A model generated the notes under the pieces. That model saw nothing but the letters and a program-made list of their open reading frames with translations, did not search any database and was not told where the DNA came from. 64,000 nt of DNA from an uncultured Candidatus Saccharibacteria bacterium (GTDB lineage: Bacteria > Patescibacteriota > Minisyncoccia > Phycocordibacterales > Zambryskibacteraceae), in assembly GCA_964383705.1 (NCBI GenBank), contig CAYLHJ010000001.1, forward strand, positions 37,659 through 101,658, in the 5' to 3' direction. Position numbers and translations under genes: made by a program. Every line of letters starts with the position of its first letter. The first letter of the stretch is position 1. Below, piece by piece: positions 39,721-48,312 of the stretch.

Positions 39721-39954
39721 GTGAATATCTGGATATTGAATTATCGAAAGATCCCACCAGAAACAAGGGTTGGGAAGTTCATCGTTTTTCTAATTCTTTT
39801 TCTCTATCTTCTCTCAGCGCTCTTCATTGCCATTTCGTACTTGAGTGAAGAGTGGTTGTTCGTTCTTTTGTCGATTCTCTTCTTTGCGCTCGGGTATTTT
39901 ACTGATTTGATTGTTTACCCAATCGCATATCTCTGTGAATATAAAGACCCGTGA
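39721..39954 (+). CDS. Small two-TM orphan (SD-class)
   Basis: AAGGAG at 39709-14, GTG start, two hydrophobic segments, terminator overlapping the stop. Confidence 0.6.
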   Translation: MNIWILNYRKIPPETRVGKFIVFLILFLYLLSALFIAISYLSEEWLFVLLSILFFALGYFTDLIVYPIAYLCEYKDP

Positions 39955-39982
39955 ACCGAAAGGTTCGCGGGTTTTGTTTTTT
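39947..39982 (+). terminator. Intrinsic terminator
   Basis: ACCCGTGAACC-GAAA-GGTTCGCGGGT followed by a T-rich tail. Confidence 0.75.
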
Positions 39983-39996
39983 GCTATACTTCTAAA

Positions 39997-40716
39997 GTGA
40001 AATCAATTTCTATATTTACTGATGGCGCTTCAAGAGGAAACCCAGGTCCTGGCGGGTGGGGGGCAATCATTGTTCTTACAGAAACTGTAAAAGAGTTGGG
40101 AGGAGGAGAAAAAAGAACAACAAATAACCGAATGGAACTTACGGCGGTTATTGAAGCGCTAGCATTTTTGTCCAAATTAAAAATTAAAGAAAAAGAATTG
40201 GTCGTTAATGTTTTTACTGATTCAAGTTATGTCTTAAAAGGGGCAATGTCCTGGGTATATGGGTGGGAGAGAAATGGGTGGAAGACAAAACAAAAAGACG
40301 AAGTTTTAAATAAAGATCTTTGGGTGAAATTATTGAAACTGATTTCTATTTCTAAAATTAACTGGCAACTTCTTCCAGGGCATTCTGGGATACCAGGAAA
40401 TGAGCGTTGCGACATTATTGCTACCACTTTTGCTGATGGTTTAAAAATACAACTTTATTCTGGAAACAAGAGTGGTTATAAAATTGATGTTTCTTCGGTT
40501 ATTCAAACAAAGGCAAAAAAAAGAAAATCTTCTAAATCAAAAGTAAAACCATATTCATATGTGAGTAGTGTAAATGGGGCGGTAAAAACACATAGAACTT
40601 GGGCAGAATGTGAATCAAGAACAAAAGGGAAAAGTGGTGCGCTCTTTAAAAAATCCTTCTCTAAGGAAGATGAAAAAGCAATAATAGCTTTATGGAAAAG
40701 AGCATCTCATTTTTAA
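39997..40716 (+). CDS. rnhA: Ribonuclease HI with C-terminal viroplasmin/hybrid-binding-like domain
   Basis: TDGASRGNPGPGGWG, TTNNRMEL, TDS, GNERCD; C-terminal TWAECE. Confidence 0.9.
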   Translation: MKSISIFTDGASRGNPGPGGWGAIIVLTETVKELGGGEKRTTNNRMELTAVIEALAFLSKLKIKEKELVVNVFTDSSYVLKGAMSWVYGWERNGWKTKQKDEVLNKDLWVKLLKLISISKINWQLLPGHSGIPGNERCDIIATTFADGLKIQLYSGNKSGYKIDVSSVIQTKAKKRKSSKSKVKPYSYVSSVNGAVKTHRTWAECESRTKGKSGALFKKSFSKEDEKAIIALWKRASHF

Positions 40717-42194
40717 ATCGTAATCGTATCCCTTTTTTAATTTCAGGTTTTATTTTTGGTGTTTTAATCTCTTCATTTATTAGTATTGGGCAGAGGGTTG
40801 GCTACGGGTTATTTTTTGTCCATCTTTTTATCTTAGTTTTCTTGTTTTTTGCAAGAAATGTTTCTGTTAATCAACCGATTGCTGTTGTTTTATTGTTTCT
40901 CATGACCTTTTCTATGGGGATTATTCGTTTTGCAAAATATAATGAGGTGAATCTCGATCCAATTTTCGAATCTGCTGTTGGTAAAGAAATCACCCTTCAG
41001 TCTATTGTCTTAAAAGAACCAGAAGAAAAAGTTTCTTACAGACAATACATTGTTAAGGCACCAAAAGGCGATGCCAAGGTTCTTGTTAGGGGGGAAATTT
41101 ATCCAGTATTTAATTACGGAGATGAAGTTAAATTTACAGGAAGATTAGAAAAACCAAAAAACTTCGAAACTGATCAAGGAAAAGATTTTGATTACACTTC
41201 TTATTTAAAGAAAGACAAAGTTTATTACATTATTTCCTTTGCTAAAGGGGAGCTTGTTTCAGAAGGTAGTGGTAATTGGTTTAGAGAAAAACTTTTTACT
41301 CTAAAAAATAATTTTGTTAAGAATATAAATAATTTAATACCAGACCCTGAATCTTCTTTACTTGCGGGTATTTTACTTGGGTTAGAAGACTCTCTTGGGA
41401 ATGATTTAGAGGATGCTTTTATAAAAACTGGTGTAGTGCATATTGTTGTTTTGTCTGGTTACAACATTACTATCGTTGCTGAATCGCTTATAAAGTTTTT
41501 TTCTTTTGTTCCTAAGAATTTTGCTTTGGCAGGTGGTGCTTTTGGTATTATTTTATTTTCCCTAATGGTTGGCGGGTCTCCATCTGTAGTGCGCGCATCA
41601 CTTATGGCGATTCTTGTTCTTTTGGCGCGTGGTACAGGGCGAAAATATGATATTGGTCGAGCTTTGCTTATTGTTGGATTTGTAATGATTTTTTTGAATC
41701 CAAATATTCTTATCTTTGATATATCATTTCAACTCTCGTTTCTTTCTACCATCGCGCTTATTTGGATTTCTCCCATTATTAAAAATAAATTTAAAATAAT
41801 TCCAGAGCGTTTTGCTATTAGAGAAATTTTTTCTGCTACACTTGCCACTCAGTTTTTCGTCTTGCCACTACTTCTTTATAAGATGGGAGAATTTTCTTTA
41901 GTCGGACTTCCGGTAAATTTACTCATTCTTGGTTTTATCCCCGCGATTATGTTTTTTGGTTTTGTCGCGGGGTCAATAGGATTTGTTTCTTTATTAATCG
42001 CTACACCTTTTGCATTTCTCTCATACTTACTACTTGCTTATATATTAAAAATCGTTGATATTTTTTCAGCATTTTCTTTTGCTTCATTTCATATACCACA
42101 TTTTTCTCTTTCACTTATGATTGTATTTTATCTTTCTTATGGGTATTTATTTTTTAGATATTTTAAAAATAGAAAAGGCGCGTTACAAGAGTAA
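40692..42194 (+). CDS. comEC: ComEC/Rec2 DNA uptake channel (OB plus Competence domains, no MBL domain)
   Basis: GVVHIVVLSGYN, SVVRASLM, SFQLSF. Confidence 0.9.
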   Translation: MEKSISFLNRNRIPFLISGFIFGVLISSFISIGQRVGYGLFFVHLFILVFLFFARNVSVNQPIAVVLLFLMTFSMGIIRFAKYNEVNLDPIFESAVGKEITLQSIVLKEPEEKVSYRQYIVKAPKGDAKVLVRGEIYPVFNYGDEVKFTGRLEKPKNFETDQGKDFDYTSYLKKDKVYYIISFAKGELVSEGSGNWFREKLFTLKNNFVKNINNLIPDPESSLLAGILLGLEDSLGNDLEDAFIKTGVVHIVVLSGYNITIVAESLIKFFSFVPKNFALAGGAFGIILFSLMVGGSPSVVRASLMAILVLLARGTGRKYDIGRALLIVGFVMIFLNPNILIFDISFQLSFLSTIALIWISPIIKNKFKIIPERFAIREIFSATLATQFFVLPLLLYKMGEFSLVGLPVNLLILGFIPAIMFFGFVAGSIGFVSLLIATPFAFLSYLLLAYILKIVDIFSAFSFASFHIPHFSLSLMIVFYLSYGYLFFRYFKNRKGALQE

Positions 42195-42202
42195 CGCGCC
42201 TT
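42173..42202. terminator. GC-rich hairpin overlapping the comEC stop
   Basis: AAGGCGCGTTAC-AAGA-GTAACGCGCCTT. Confidence 0.7.
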
Positions 42203-42211
42203 GTCATGATT

Positions 42212-42499
42212 CTACGAGCTGCCAGATGGGCCGTAGGGGAATCCGTCTTCGTGACGGAGCCTTTGCCTCCCTGTGACATGGCCACAGTCCAAACAACACT
42301 CTTGAAAACTGGCGGCCCCCTCCTCCGCCAGAATGTTTCTCTTATGGTCGGGGTAGCGACGCTTCTTTCCTCTGCTCCCGCACTGGGGGCACTGAGGGAA
42401 AAAGTACTCAATGATCAGGATAAAGGCCGTCACATTGATCATAATCGCCACCATAAGTAGGGACAATTCCCATTCCTCAAGACTGGCTAGCCAATTCAT
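42212..42499 (-). CDS. Small TM plus Zn-ribbon orphan (SD-class)
   Basis: GGAGGG SD; TM helix; CPQC...CLDC. Confidence 0.6.
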   Translation of the reverse strand: MNWLASLEEWELSLLMVAIMINVTAFILIIEYFFPQCPQCGSRGKKRRYPDHKRNILAEEGAASFQECCLDCGHVTGRQRLRHEDGFPYGPSGSS

Positions 42500-42542
42500 A
42501 AATCCCTCCGTTCAAGGTTTTGTTTGGTTGGGTGGCGATAAC

Positions 42543-43139
42543 CTAGATGAGCCCCTTGTATAAGAAGAACAGTCGAGTCAGAAATTCATATGGATATGCG
42601 GTGATTGCCCATCGCCAACGCTTCTGACTGAACTTGTGTTCGAATTTCATCTTCGGGAGATCTGGTGGAATGATAACCTCGAGGCCAAGGCGCTCATAAA
42701 TCCACCGAGCTCGCCATGCGTGTGGGTAAGTGGCAATTAGAATTACTCTTGACCAACCCATCTCATCGCACAACTCCTTTTGAAGTCTGGCCACGCCATC
42801 ACTGCCACTATATTTACTAGAGAAGATACTTGTGTTGCTATCGAACGGGGTATTTCCCAGAATGTGGATGCCTCGTTGCTTGATGATTCTTCCAACCTCG
42901 GCTTGAGGAAAGATGGGGATACCAAGCATTTTGTGATAATGCTGGGCGCAATCAGCAAGCCCCATGTTTGATTTACTGGGCAACCCACCTTCCAAATCAG
43001 ACGCGGCTTGAGTAACAATTAGCTGGGCGTCTTGTAGACGTCCTTCTCCGGGCGGTTTTCTCCAATTGAAGATACATTGGAATAGGCGGAAAAGAGTTGA
43101 ACTGGGCTCCTTGCGGAGTCTAGCCAAGAAACCGAACAT
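42543..43139 (-). CDS. DUF218/YdcF-like protein (SD-class orphan)
   Basis: GAGGAG SD before ATG 43139; GWSRVILIATYPHAWRA resembles the DUF218 motif. Confidence 0.55.
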   Translation of the reverse strand: MFGFLARLRKEPSSTLFRLFQCIFNWRKPPGEGRLQDAQLIVTQAASDLEGGLPSKSNMGLADCAQHYHKMLGIPIFPQAEVGRIIKQRGIHILGNTPFDSNTSIFSSKYSGSDGVARLQKELCDEMGWSRVILIATYPHAWRARWIYERLGLEVIIPPDLPKMKFEHKFSQKRWRWAITAYPYEFLTRLFFLYKGLI

Positions 43140-43250
43140 CGATCTCTCCTCGATAGGAATTCTGCGTACCTTACAACGGGCAATATTTCCAGAAGTTATA
43201 TAATCATAACTACAGCCACATGTCAAATGTAGATTAGAAGAAGTTTTTGT

Positions 43251-43844
43251 TTATAGTGCTTTTTTAAAATTTTCTTCAATTACATTCCAATTAAGGTTTG
43301 CAAAAAAATCTTCAATGTAATTTTTCTTTCCGCTTGGTTGGTAATCTGCTACGAATGCATGCTCCCACATATCAATACCTAATACCCATGGAAGGCCGGT
43401 TAAATGTCCTAAGTGCTGTTCGTCTACCCATTGAGTGAGTAATCTTTTTGTAAGAGGGTCATAGTAAAGGACTGCCCATCCTACTCCGCGAGTAAGGGCG
43501 ATGGCCTTAAAAATGTTTAAAAATCCATCAAAGGAACTCCATTCTTCCTCAATCGCCTTTTTTAGAAGTGAATCACTACTTATTAAAGATGCGCCACCTT
43601 CTAAACTTTTGAAATAGTATTCGTGGTTTCGCATACCATCAAATTCGAATGCAAATCTTCTTTGAAGTTCTCCTAAAGCATAGGCATTTTTCTCACTATC
43701 TTTTCTGTATTCTTCAATTGTTTCAAGAATAGTATTCGCGTTCTTTACATAGCCCGAATAAAGCTTTAAATGTTCCTCAATATTCTTTGTCGTTATTCCC
43801 TTAAGTTCTGGGATAGTAAATTTTTGTTCTTCAAATTTTTTCAT
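43251..43844 (-). CDS. Fe/Mn superoxide dismutase family protein
   Basis: NHEYYF, GVGWA, DMWEHAF. Confidence 0.85.
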   Translation of the reverse strand: MKKFEEQKFTIPELKGITTKNIEEHLKLYSGYVKNANTILETIEEYRKDSEKNAYALGELQRRFAFEFDGMRNHEYYFKSLEGGASLISSDSLLKKAIEEEWSSFDGFLNIFKAIALTRGVGWAVLYYDPLTKRLLTQWVDEQHLGHLTGLPWVLGIDMWEHAFVADYQPSGKKNYIEDFFANLNWNVIEENFKKAL

Positions 43845-43933
43845 ACTTATTATTGTATCATTTTACCCTTTTTCATTTCCGTGCTAGAAATTAGTATAGT
43901 CACTGCTCATTCTTACTATCTTCTGGAGGCAAT

Positions 43934-44389
43934 ATGCCTGGCGTAATGAATTCCAAGCCACATATTCAAGATCTTATTGGCCAAGATCTCTCTGGCTTCA
44001 AGCTTGCAATTGGGTTCACCGCTCGTCTCAAACGAGGCCATGTGGGGTACTTCCCGCTAGTTTACAATAGGTTAAGAAGAACTGTGCGACAGGACATTTC
44101 CTCTTACCAGGACATCGTAGTCACCTTAGAGAAATCAACAATAGCCAAAGTGGCTAATCTTCTTGAATATCGACCCCATGAGATCGAGAGGGTGGTTGTC
44201 TTGGTCAACGAATCTCAAGAACTTGGGTTCTTTATTGAGGGTGTAAACATTTCAACCGTCATTCGATACTCAGACGCCTTACCTGCTTGTATTTCCGGAC
44301 AGCTCTTTCATCTTCTTACTGAAGATCGGTTAACTGTCCTGGCCCGACAAAGTGAAGAACCTTTCAAGTGGGCATACGGTCTTCTGTAA
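43934..44389 (+). CDS. Hypothetical orphan (SD-class)
   Basis: GGAGG at 43925-29; 151-aa ORF; GC-rich terminator downstream. Confidence 0.6.
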   Translation: MPGVMNSKPHIQDLIGQDLSGFKLAIGFTARLKRGHVGYFPLVYNRLRRTVRQDISSYQDIVVTLEKSTIAKVANLLEYRPHEIERVVVLVNESQELGFFIEGVNISTVIRYSDALPACISGQLFHLLTEDRLTVLARQSEEPFKWAYGLL

Positions 44390-44399
44390 AAGATGCTCT

Positions 44400-44430
44400 G
44401 CCGCGCGCCACATGGCGCGCGGCTTCTTTT
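44400..44430 (+). terminator. Intrinsic terminator
   Basis: GCCGCGCGCCA-CA-TGGCGCGCGGC-TTCTTTT. Confidence 0.75.
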
Positions 44431-44443
44431 ATATAATAAATAT

Positions 44444-45301
44444 ATGGATTATTTGCGGAAAAACCGGAAAGAGTTTATTGTCGGCACGCTTTTTATTTTT
44501 AATCTTTTAATCTGGCTTCGAGTCTATTCTATTCAACCTAGGGATTATGTTTCCGTATCTTTTTTTGATGTCGGTCAGGGTGATGGGGCCCTTATAGAGT
44601 CTACAAATCGCAATCGGATTTTAATTGACGGAGGTAAAGACAAATTTGTTTTGCGAGAAATTTCAAAAGCTCTGCCATTTTTTGATAGACACATTGATGT
44701 GGTCATAGAATCTCATCCCGATAAAGATCATATTGGTGGCTTGCCAGAAGTTGTGAGCCGTTTGAGTGTCGGAGCATTTATGGAACCGGGGGTGGAATCA
44801 GAGAATAGTGTGGATGATGAACTGAGGAAAAGAGTTTTAGGAAAAAATATTCCAATTTTTCTTGCTCGCGCGGGGCAGATTATAGATATGGGAGATGGTT
44901 CGTATTTTAAGATACTTTTTCCTGATAGAGATGTCTCTGGTGTAGATACCAACGATGCTTCAATAGTCCTTCAATACATTTATGGTGACACCTGTTTTCT
45001 TTTTACTGGAGACTCTCCGGTAAAAATTGAAGAATATCTAATTGGTGTTTATAAAGAGGAATTAAATTGCGAAGTTTTAAAGGTGGGGCATCATGGCTCA
45101 CGCACTTCAACAAGCGAAGAATATTTATATTTTGTAAAACCAAAGTTTGCTGTCATTTCAGCCGGCAAAGAAAATTCATACGGACATCCGCATCAAGAGG
45201 TCTTGGATAACTTAAATAAGTTTAAAGTAAAAATTTTAAGCACGATTGAGGATGGGACTATTAAATTTATTTCAAACGGTTTAGAGATAAGAAAAAAGTA
45301 A
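44444..45301 (+). CDS. Stand-alone ComEC metallo-beta-lactamase domain protein
   Basis: FFDVGQGD, SHPDKDHIGG, LKVGHHGS, YGHP. Confidence 0.88.
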   Translation: MDYLRKNRKEFIVGTLFIFNLLIWLRVYSIQPRDYVSVSFFDVGQGDGALIESTNRNRILIDGGKDKFVLREISKALPFFDRHIDVVIESHPDKDHIGGLPEVVSRLSVGAFMEPGVESENSVDDELRKRVLGKNIPIFLARAGQIIDMGDGSYFKILFPDRDVSGVDTNDASIVLQYIYGDTCFLFTGDSPVKIEEYLIGVYKEELNCEVLKVGHHGSRTSTSEEYLYFVKPKFAVISAGKENSYGHPHQEVLDNLNKFKVKILSTIEDGTIKFISNGLEIRKK

Positions 45302-45310
45302 AACCGCTAC

Positions 45311-45631
45311 CTATATGCTAGCAGGGTAGCGGTCTACCGCCTCAACCACCTTTTCCTTGATTTGGTTGAGATCGAAGTTGGGTAGAGCTCTGACGTGGAT
45401 GAATCCGTACTTGAATGTGACGAACTCAATGCCCTCTATCCTCAAGATGTCGGAGAGAAGCGCGCGCGCTTCGCACCAAGATCTCATGGATGAAAGAACC
45501 CCATTTACATATTCTGGGCTGTTTACGATAGGAGAGATCGTAAGGCGACAGCACATGTAAAAGTGGGGCTTGAACACCATCTCTCTCGGATGTATTTCCG
45601 AGGCCGGTTCGGGACAAACCCCGATAGTCAT
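45311..45631 (-). CDS. Small orphan resembling the Nfu/NifU N-terminal scaffold fold (SD-class)
   Basis: AAGGAG SD; ILRIEGIEFVTFKYGFIHV...DLNQIKEKV. Confidence 0.5.
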   Translation of the reverse strand: MTIGVCPEPASEIHPREMVFKPHFYMCCRLTISPIVNSPEYVNGVLSSMRSWCEARALLSDILRIEGIEFVTFKYGFIHVRALPNFDLNQIKEKVVEAVDRYPASI

Positions 45632-45692
45632 GACTTCTCCTTGAAAGAGCGACTTTGACTATTCTATCAAAGAAGAATATAAAGACCTGTGA

Positions 45693-46121
45693 TTAGCTTT
45701 TCTCCTCAATACTTTTATAACCAAGTAAAGCAAGCACTAATATATATACGATGTGGTCATCAAGAAGGGGGTTATTTTCAGGTGGGAAAACCGCCAAATA
45801 CATGAGCAAAAGCATTAATGAGCCAGCTATAGCGCCCCACTTAACATATCTATTAAATACGAGTGTAACGCCGACAAATAGAAGACCTAACATAAATATC
45901 CAGTCTACAGCCTCAATTCCTGCAAGGCTTTTAAAAAATGGAGCAAAGGGTCCCTTTGTAGCAAATGATAGAAAGCCATATGTTGGCGATCCGCCGTTAA
46001 TCCAAGCTTTTTCAGCTGTTGTTGCAAAACCTAAACCAATTAATTTATCAAAAAAAGCCCAAAGGAAAATCAAACCCATTACTATACGCAATTTTATGTA
46101 TAACAATTTTTGTATTTTCAT
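45693..46121 (-). CDS. DoxX/DoxD-like membrane protein
   Basis: LRIVMGLIFLWAFFDK, WINGGSPT, NNPLLDDH. Confidence 0.8.
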   Translation of the reverse strand: MKIQKLLYIKLRIVMGLIFLWAFFDKLIGLGFATTAEKAWINGGSPTYGFLSFATKGPFAPFFKSLAGIEAVDWIFMLGLLFVGVTLVFNRYVKWGAIAGSLMLLLMYLAVFPPENNPLLDDHIVYILVLALLGYKSIEEKS

Positions 46122-46184
46122 ATAAATGAAATTATAGCACTTTCATTTTTGTGGATATTTTGCACATGTTATTAACTTTCAGAC

Positions 46185-46223
46185 AAACAAAACGGCCGAC
46201 AATTTATGTCGGCCGTTTTGTTT
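46185..46223. terminator. Strong terminator hairpin
   Basis: AAACAAAACGGCCGACA-ATTTA-TGTCGGCCGTTTTGTTT. Confidence 0.75.
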
Positions 46224-46235
46224 ATTAATAAAAAT

Positions 46236-46346
46236 TTATCTCTTCCTTTTCAAAGCGAGTTTAGCTCTTTTTGCTGCCAAACGCTTCTTTGTTTTTCTTG
46301 AACGCGATGTTTTATTTTTTGTATTTACACTTGCTCTTTTTGCCAT
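46236..46346 (-). CDS. Unannotated 36-aa K/R-rich peptide
   Basis: MAKRASVNTKNKTSRSRKTKKRLAAKRAKLALKRKR*; TATAAT 6 nt upstream; terminator downstream. Confidence 0.65.
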   Translation of the reverse strand: MAKRASVNTKNKTSRSRKTKKRLAAKRAKLALKRKR

Positions 46347-46409
46347 GCGTTAATTATATATTAGAAAGTTGATATTTCTCAAAATAAAAACACACCGAAG
46401 AGGATGTTT

Positions 46410-46652
46410 TTATATAACTCCAGCTTTTTTGAGAGTTCGATAAGCTCCGTTTTTCTGTATTGTTTTGATTGCTTTGGTGGAGAGGGTGATGACGACAGTC
46501 TTTTTAAGCTCAGGAACATAAATCCTCTTTTTTTGGAGATTTATATATTTTCGGACCATTCCTGTAGGGTTAAATTGGGTAGCACGAGTCCGGTTGCTGT
46601 ATCCGCCACCCATTCGAGAGCCCTTTTTTGTAACTGCGCAAACTTTAGCCAT
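46410..46652 (-). CDS. rpmB: 50S ribosomal protein L28
   Basis: MAKVCAVTKK...NLQKKRIY...LSTKAIKT. Confidence 0.88.
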   Translation of the reverse strand: MAKVCAVTKKGSRMGGGYSNRTRATQFNPTGMVRKYINLQKKRIYVPELKKTVVITLSTKAIKTIQKNGAYRTLKKAGVI

Positions 46653-46705
46653 ATATTTTAGAAGTGGCATTATGCTATCATAAAAATCTTAAGACGCAAG
46701 GATTT

Positions 46706-47317
46706 ATGGAATCTTTAGATTTTATCTTCAGCATCATCATACTTATCATGTCCGTGGTTATCCATGAAGTTTCTCATGGATACGCAGCGTATTTTCAGGG
46801 AGACAAGACTGCCGAATATCAAGGTCGTCTGACTTTAAATCCCATAAAGCACCTTGATCCCGTCGGCTCTCTCCTTGTGCCTCTCATTTCATACAATATA
46901 GGTGGATTTATAATTGGCTGGGCAAAACCGGTTCCGTATAATCCTTATAATTTGGTTAATAAAAAGTGGGGAGAGGCGCTTGTTGCAGTAGCAGGTCCAG
47001 TTTCTAACTTAGTAATAGCTCTATTTTTCGGTCTTATTTTGAGATTTTTTGCTTTTCTTTTTCCTGCGTCTTTCATCAGTATTTGTGTTTTAGTAGTCTA
47101 TATAAACATATTATTAGCCATTTTTAACCTTATGCCTGTTCCGCCTCTCGATGGCTCAAAGATTCTATTTGCTTTTTTGCCAGTTTATTCAAAAGCTAGA
47201 GCTTTTCTAGAGCAAAATGGCCTTATTCTCACCCTTCTTGTAATTTTCTTCTTTTGGCAATATGTGAGCCCTCTTATTGGTATTATATTTAGCTTAATTA
47301 CAGGCATCTCTCTTTAA
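46706..47317 (+). CDS. Site-2 protease (M50)
   Basis: [22 protein letters not shown]. Confidence 0.92.
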   Translation: MESLDFIFSIIILIMSVVIHEVSHGYAAYFQGDKTAEYQGRLTLNPIKHLDPVGSLLVPLISYNIGGFIIGWAKPVPYNPYNLVNKKWGEALVAVAGPVSNLVIALFFGLILRFFAFLFPASFISICVLVVYINILLAIFNLMPVPPLDGSKILFAFLPVYSKARAFLEQNGLILTLLVIFFFWQYVSPLIGIIFSLITGISL

Positions 47318-47388
47318 GTCTCTCTTGCAAAATATCAAGGCCTGTATTAAAGTATCTCCTACTTGCTTGGTTCAAGCATTTTTTAATT

Positions 47389-47802
47389 ATGGCGACCATA
47401 AATCAGCTAGTAAAAAGAAAAAGGAAGGTCCTTCACCGAAAGTCAAAATCGGTGGCTCTTACTCGTGGATTTAACACTATTAAAAATCGTCCAGTTCCAT
47501 TTTTCTCTCCTTTTAAGCGCGGCGTTTGCACTAAAGTTACTACTAAAACCCCAAAGAAACCAAACTCGGCTATTAGAAAGATTGCTCGTGTTCGTCTTAC
47601 TAATGGCATGGAGGTAACGGCATATATTCCAGGTATGGGCCACAACCTACAGGAGCACTCAGTTGTCGTGCTTAAGGGTGGCCGTGTAAAGGATGTTGGA
47701 CTTCGATATTCAATAGTGCGTGGCGTGCTTGATGCTGGAGGGGTTGAGAGCCGAAGAAAAGGACGAAGCCAATACGGAACAAAGTTACCAAAGAAACAGT
47801 AA
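47389..47802 (+). CDS. rpsL: 30S ribosomal protein S12
   Basis: [21 protein letters not shown]. Confidence 0.96.
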   Translation: MATINQLVKRKRKVLHRKSKSVALTRGFNTIKNRPVPFFSPFKRGVCTKVTTKTPKKPNSAIRKIARVRLTNGMEVTAYIPGMGHNLQEHSVVVLKGGRVKDVGLRYSIVRGVLDAGGVESRRKGRSQYGTKLPKKQ

Positions 47803-47806
47803 TCCT

Positions 47807-48274
47807 ATGCGAAGAAAAGTCAGCAATAGAAATATAGTTACTCCTGATTCTACTTACGAATCTATAAAAGTTGGAAAACTCATTAATTATGTGATGGATC
47901 ACGGCAAGAAAAATACTGCTCGCTCTATTGTCTATGATGCATTTGAGATTATAAAAGAGAAAACAAAAACCGACCCTATCGAAGTATTTGATACAGCTCT
48001 TAAAAACACTGGCCCGACTATGGAAGTTCGTTCTCGCCGAGTGGGAGGTGCAAACTATCAGATTCCTCGCGAGGTTCGACCAGAGCGTCGCCTTTATCTT
48101 TCTTTAAAATGGCTTATTGATTCTGCTCGAGCAAAAAAGGGTATGCCAATGCATATGAAACTTGCCGATGAAATTATCTTAGCTTCAAAAAATGAAGGTG
48201 AAGCGGTAAAGAAGCGAGAAAATACTCACAAAATGGCAGAAGCAAACAAAGCATTCGCGCATTTCGCTTGGTAA
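47807..48274 (+). CDS. rpsG: 30S ribosomal protein S7
   Basis: SRRVGGANYQIP, HKMAEANKAFAHF. Confidence 0.96.
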   Translation: MRRKVSNRNIVTPDSTYESIKVGKLINYVMDHGKKNTARSIVYDAFEIIKEKTKTDPIEVFDTALKNTGPTMEVRSRRVGGANYQIPREVRPERRLYLSLKWLIDSARAKKGMPMHMKLADEIILASKNEGEAVKKRENTHKMAEANKAFAHFAW

Positions 48275-48312
48275 TTCATTACATCAATACAAAGTTCAAT
48301 TACATATAATTT

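Noticed and set aside
42206-42460. Plus-strand 84-aa ORF after comEC
   Set aside because: The minus-strand ORF has an SD, a TM helix and a paired CxxC motif and is the better call
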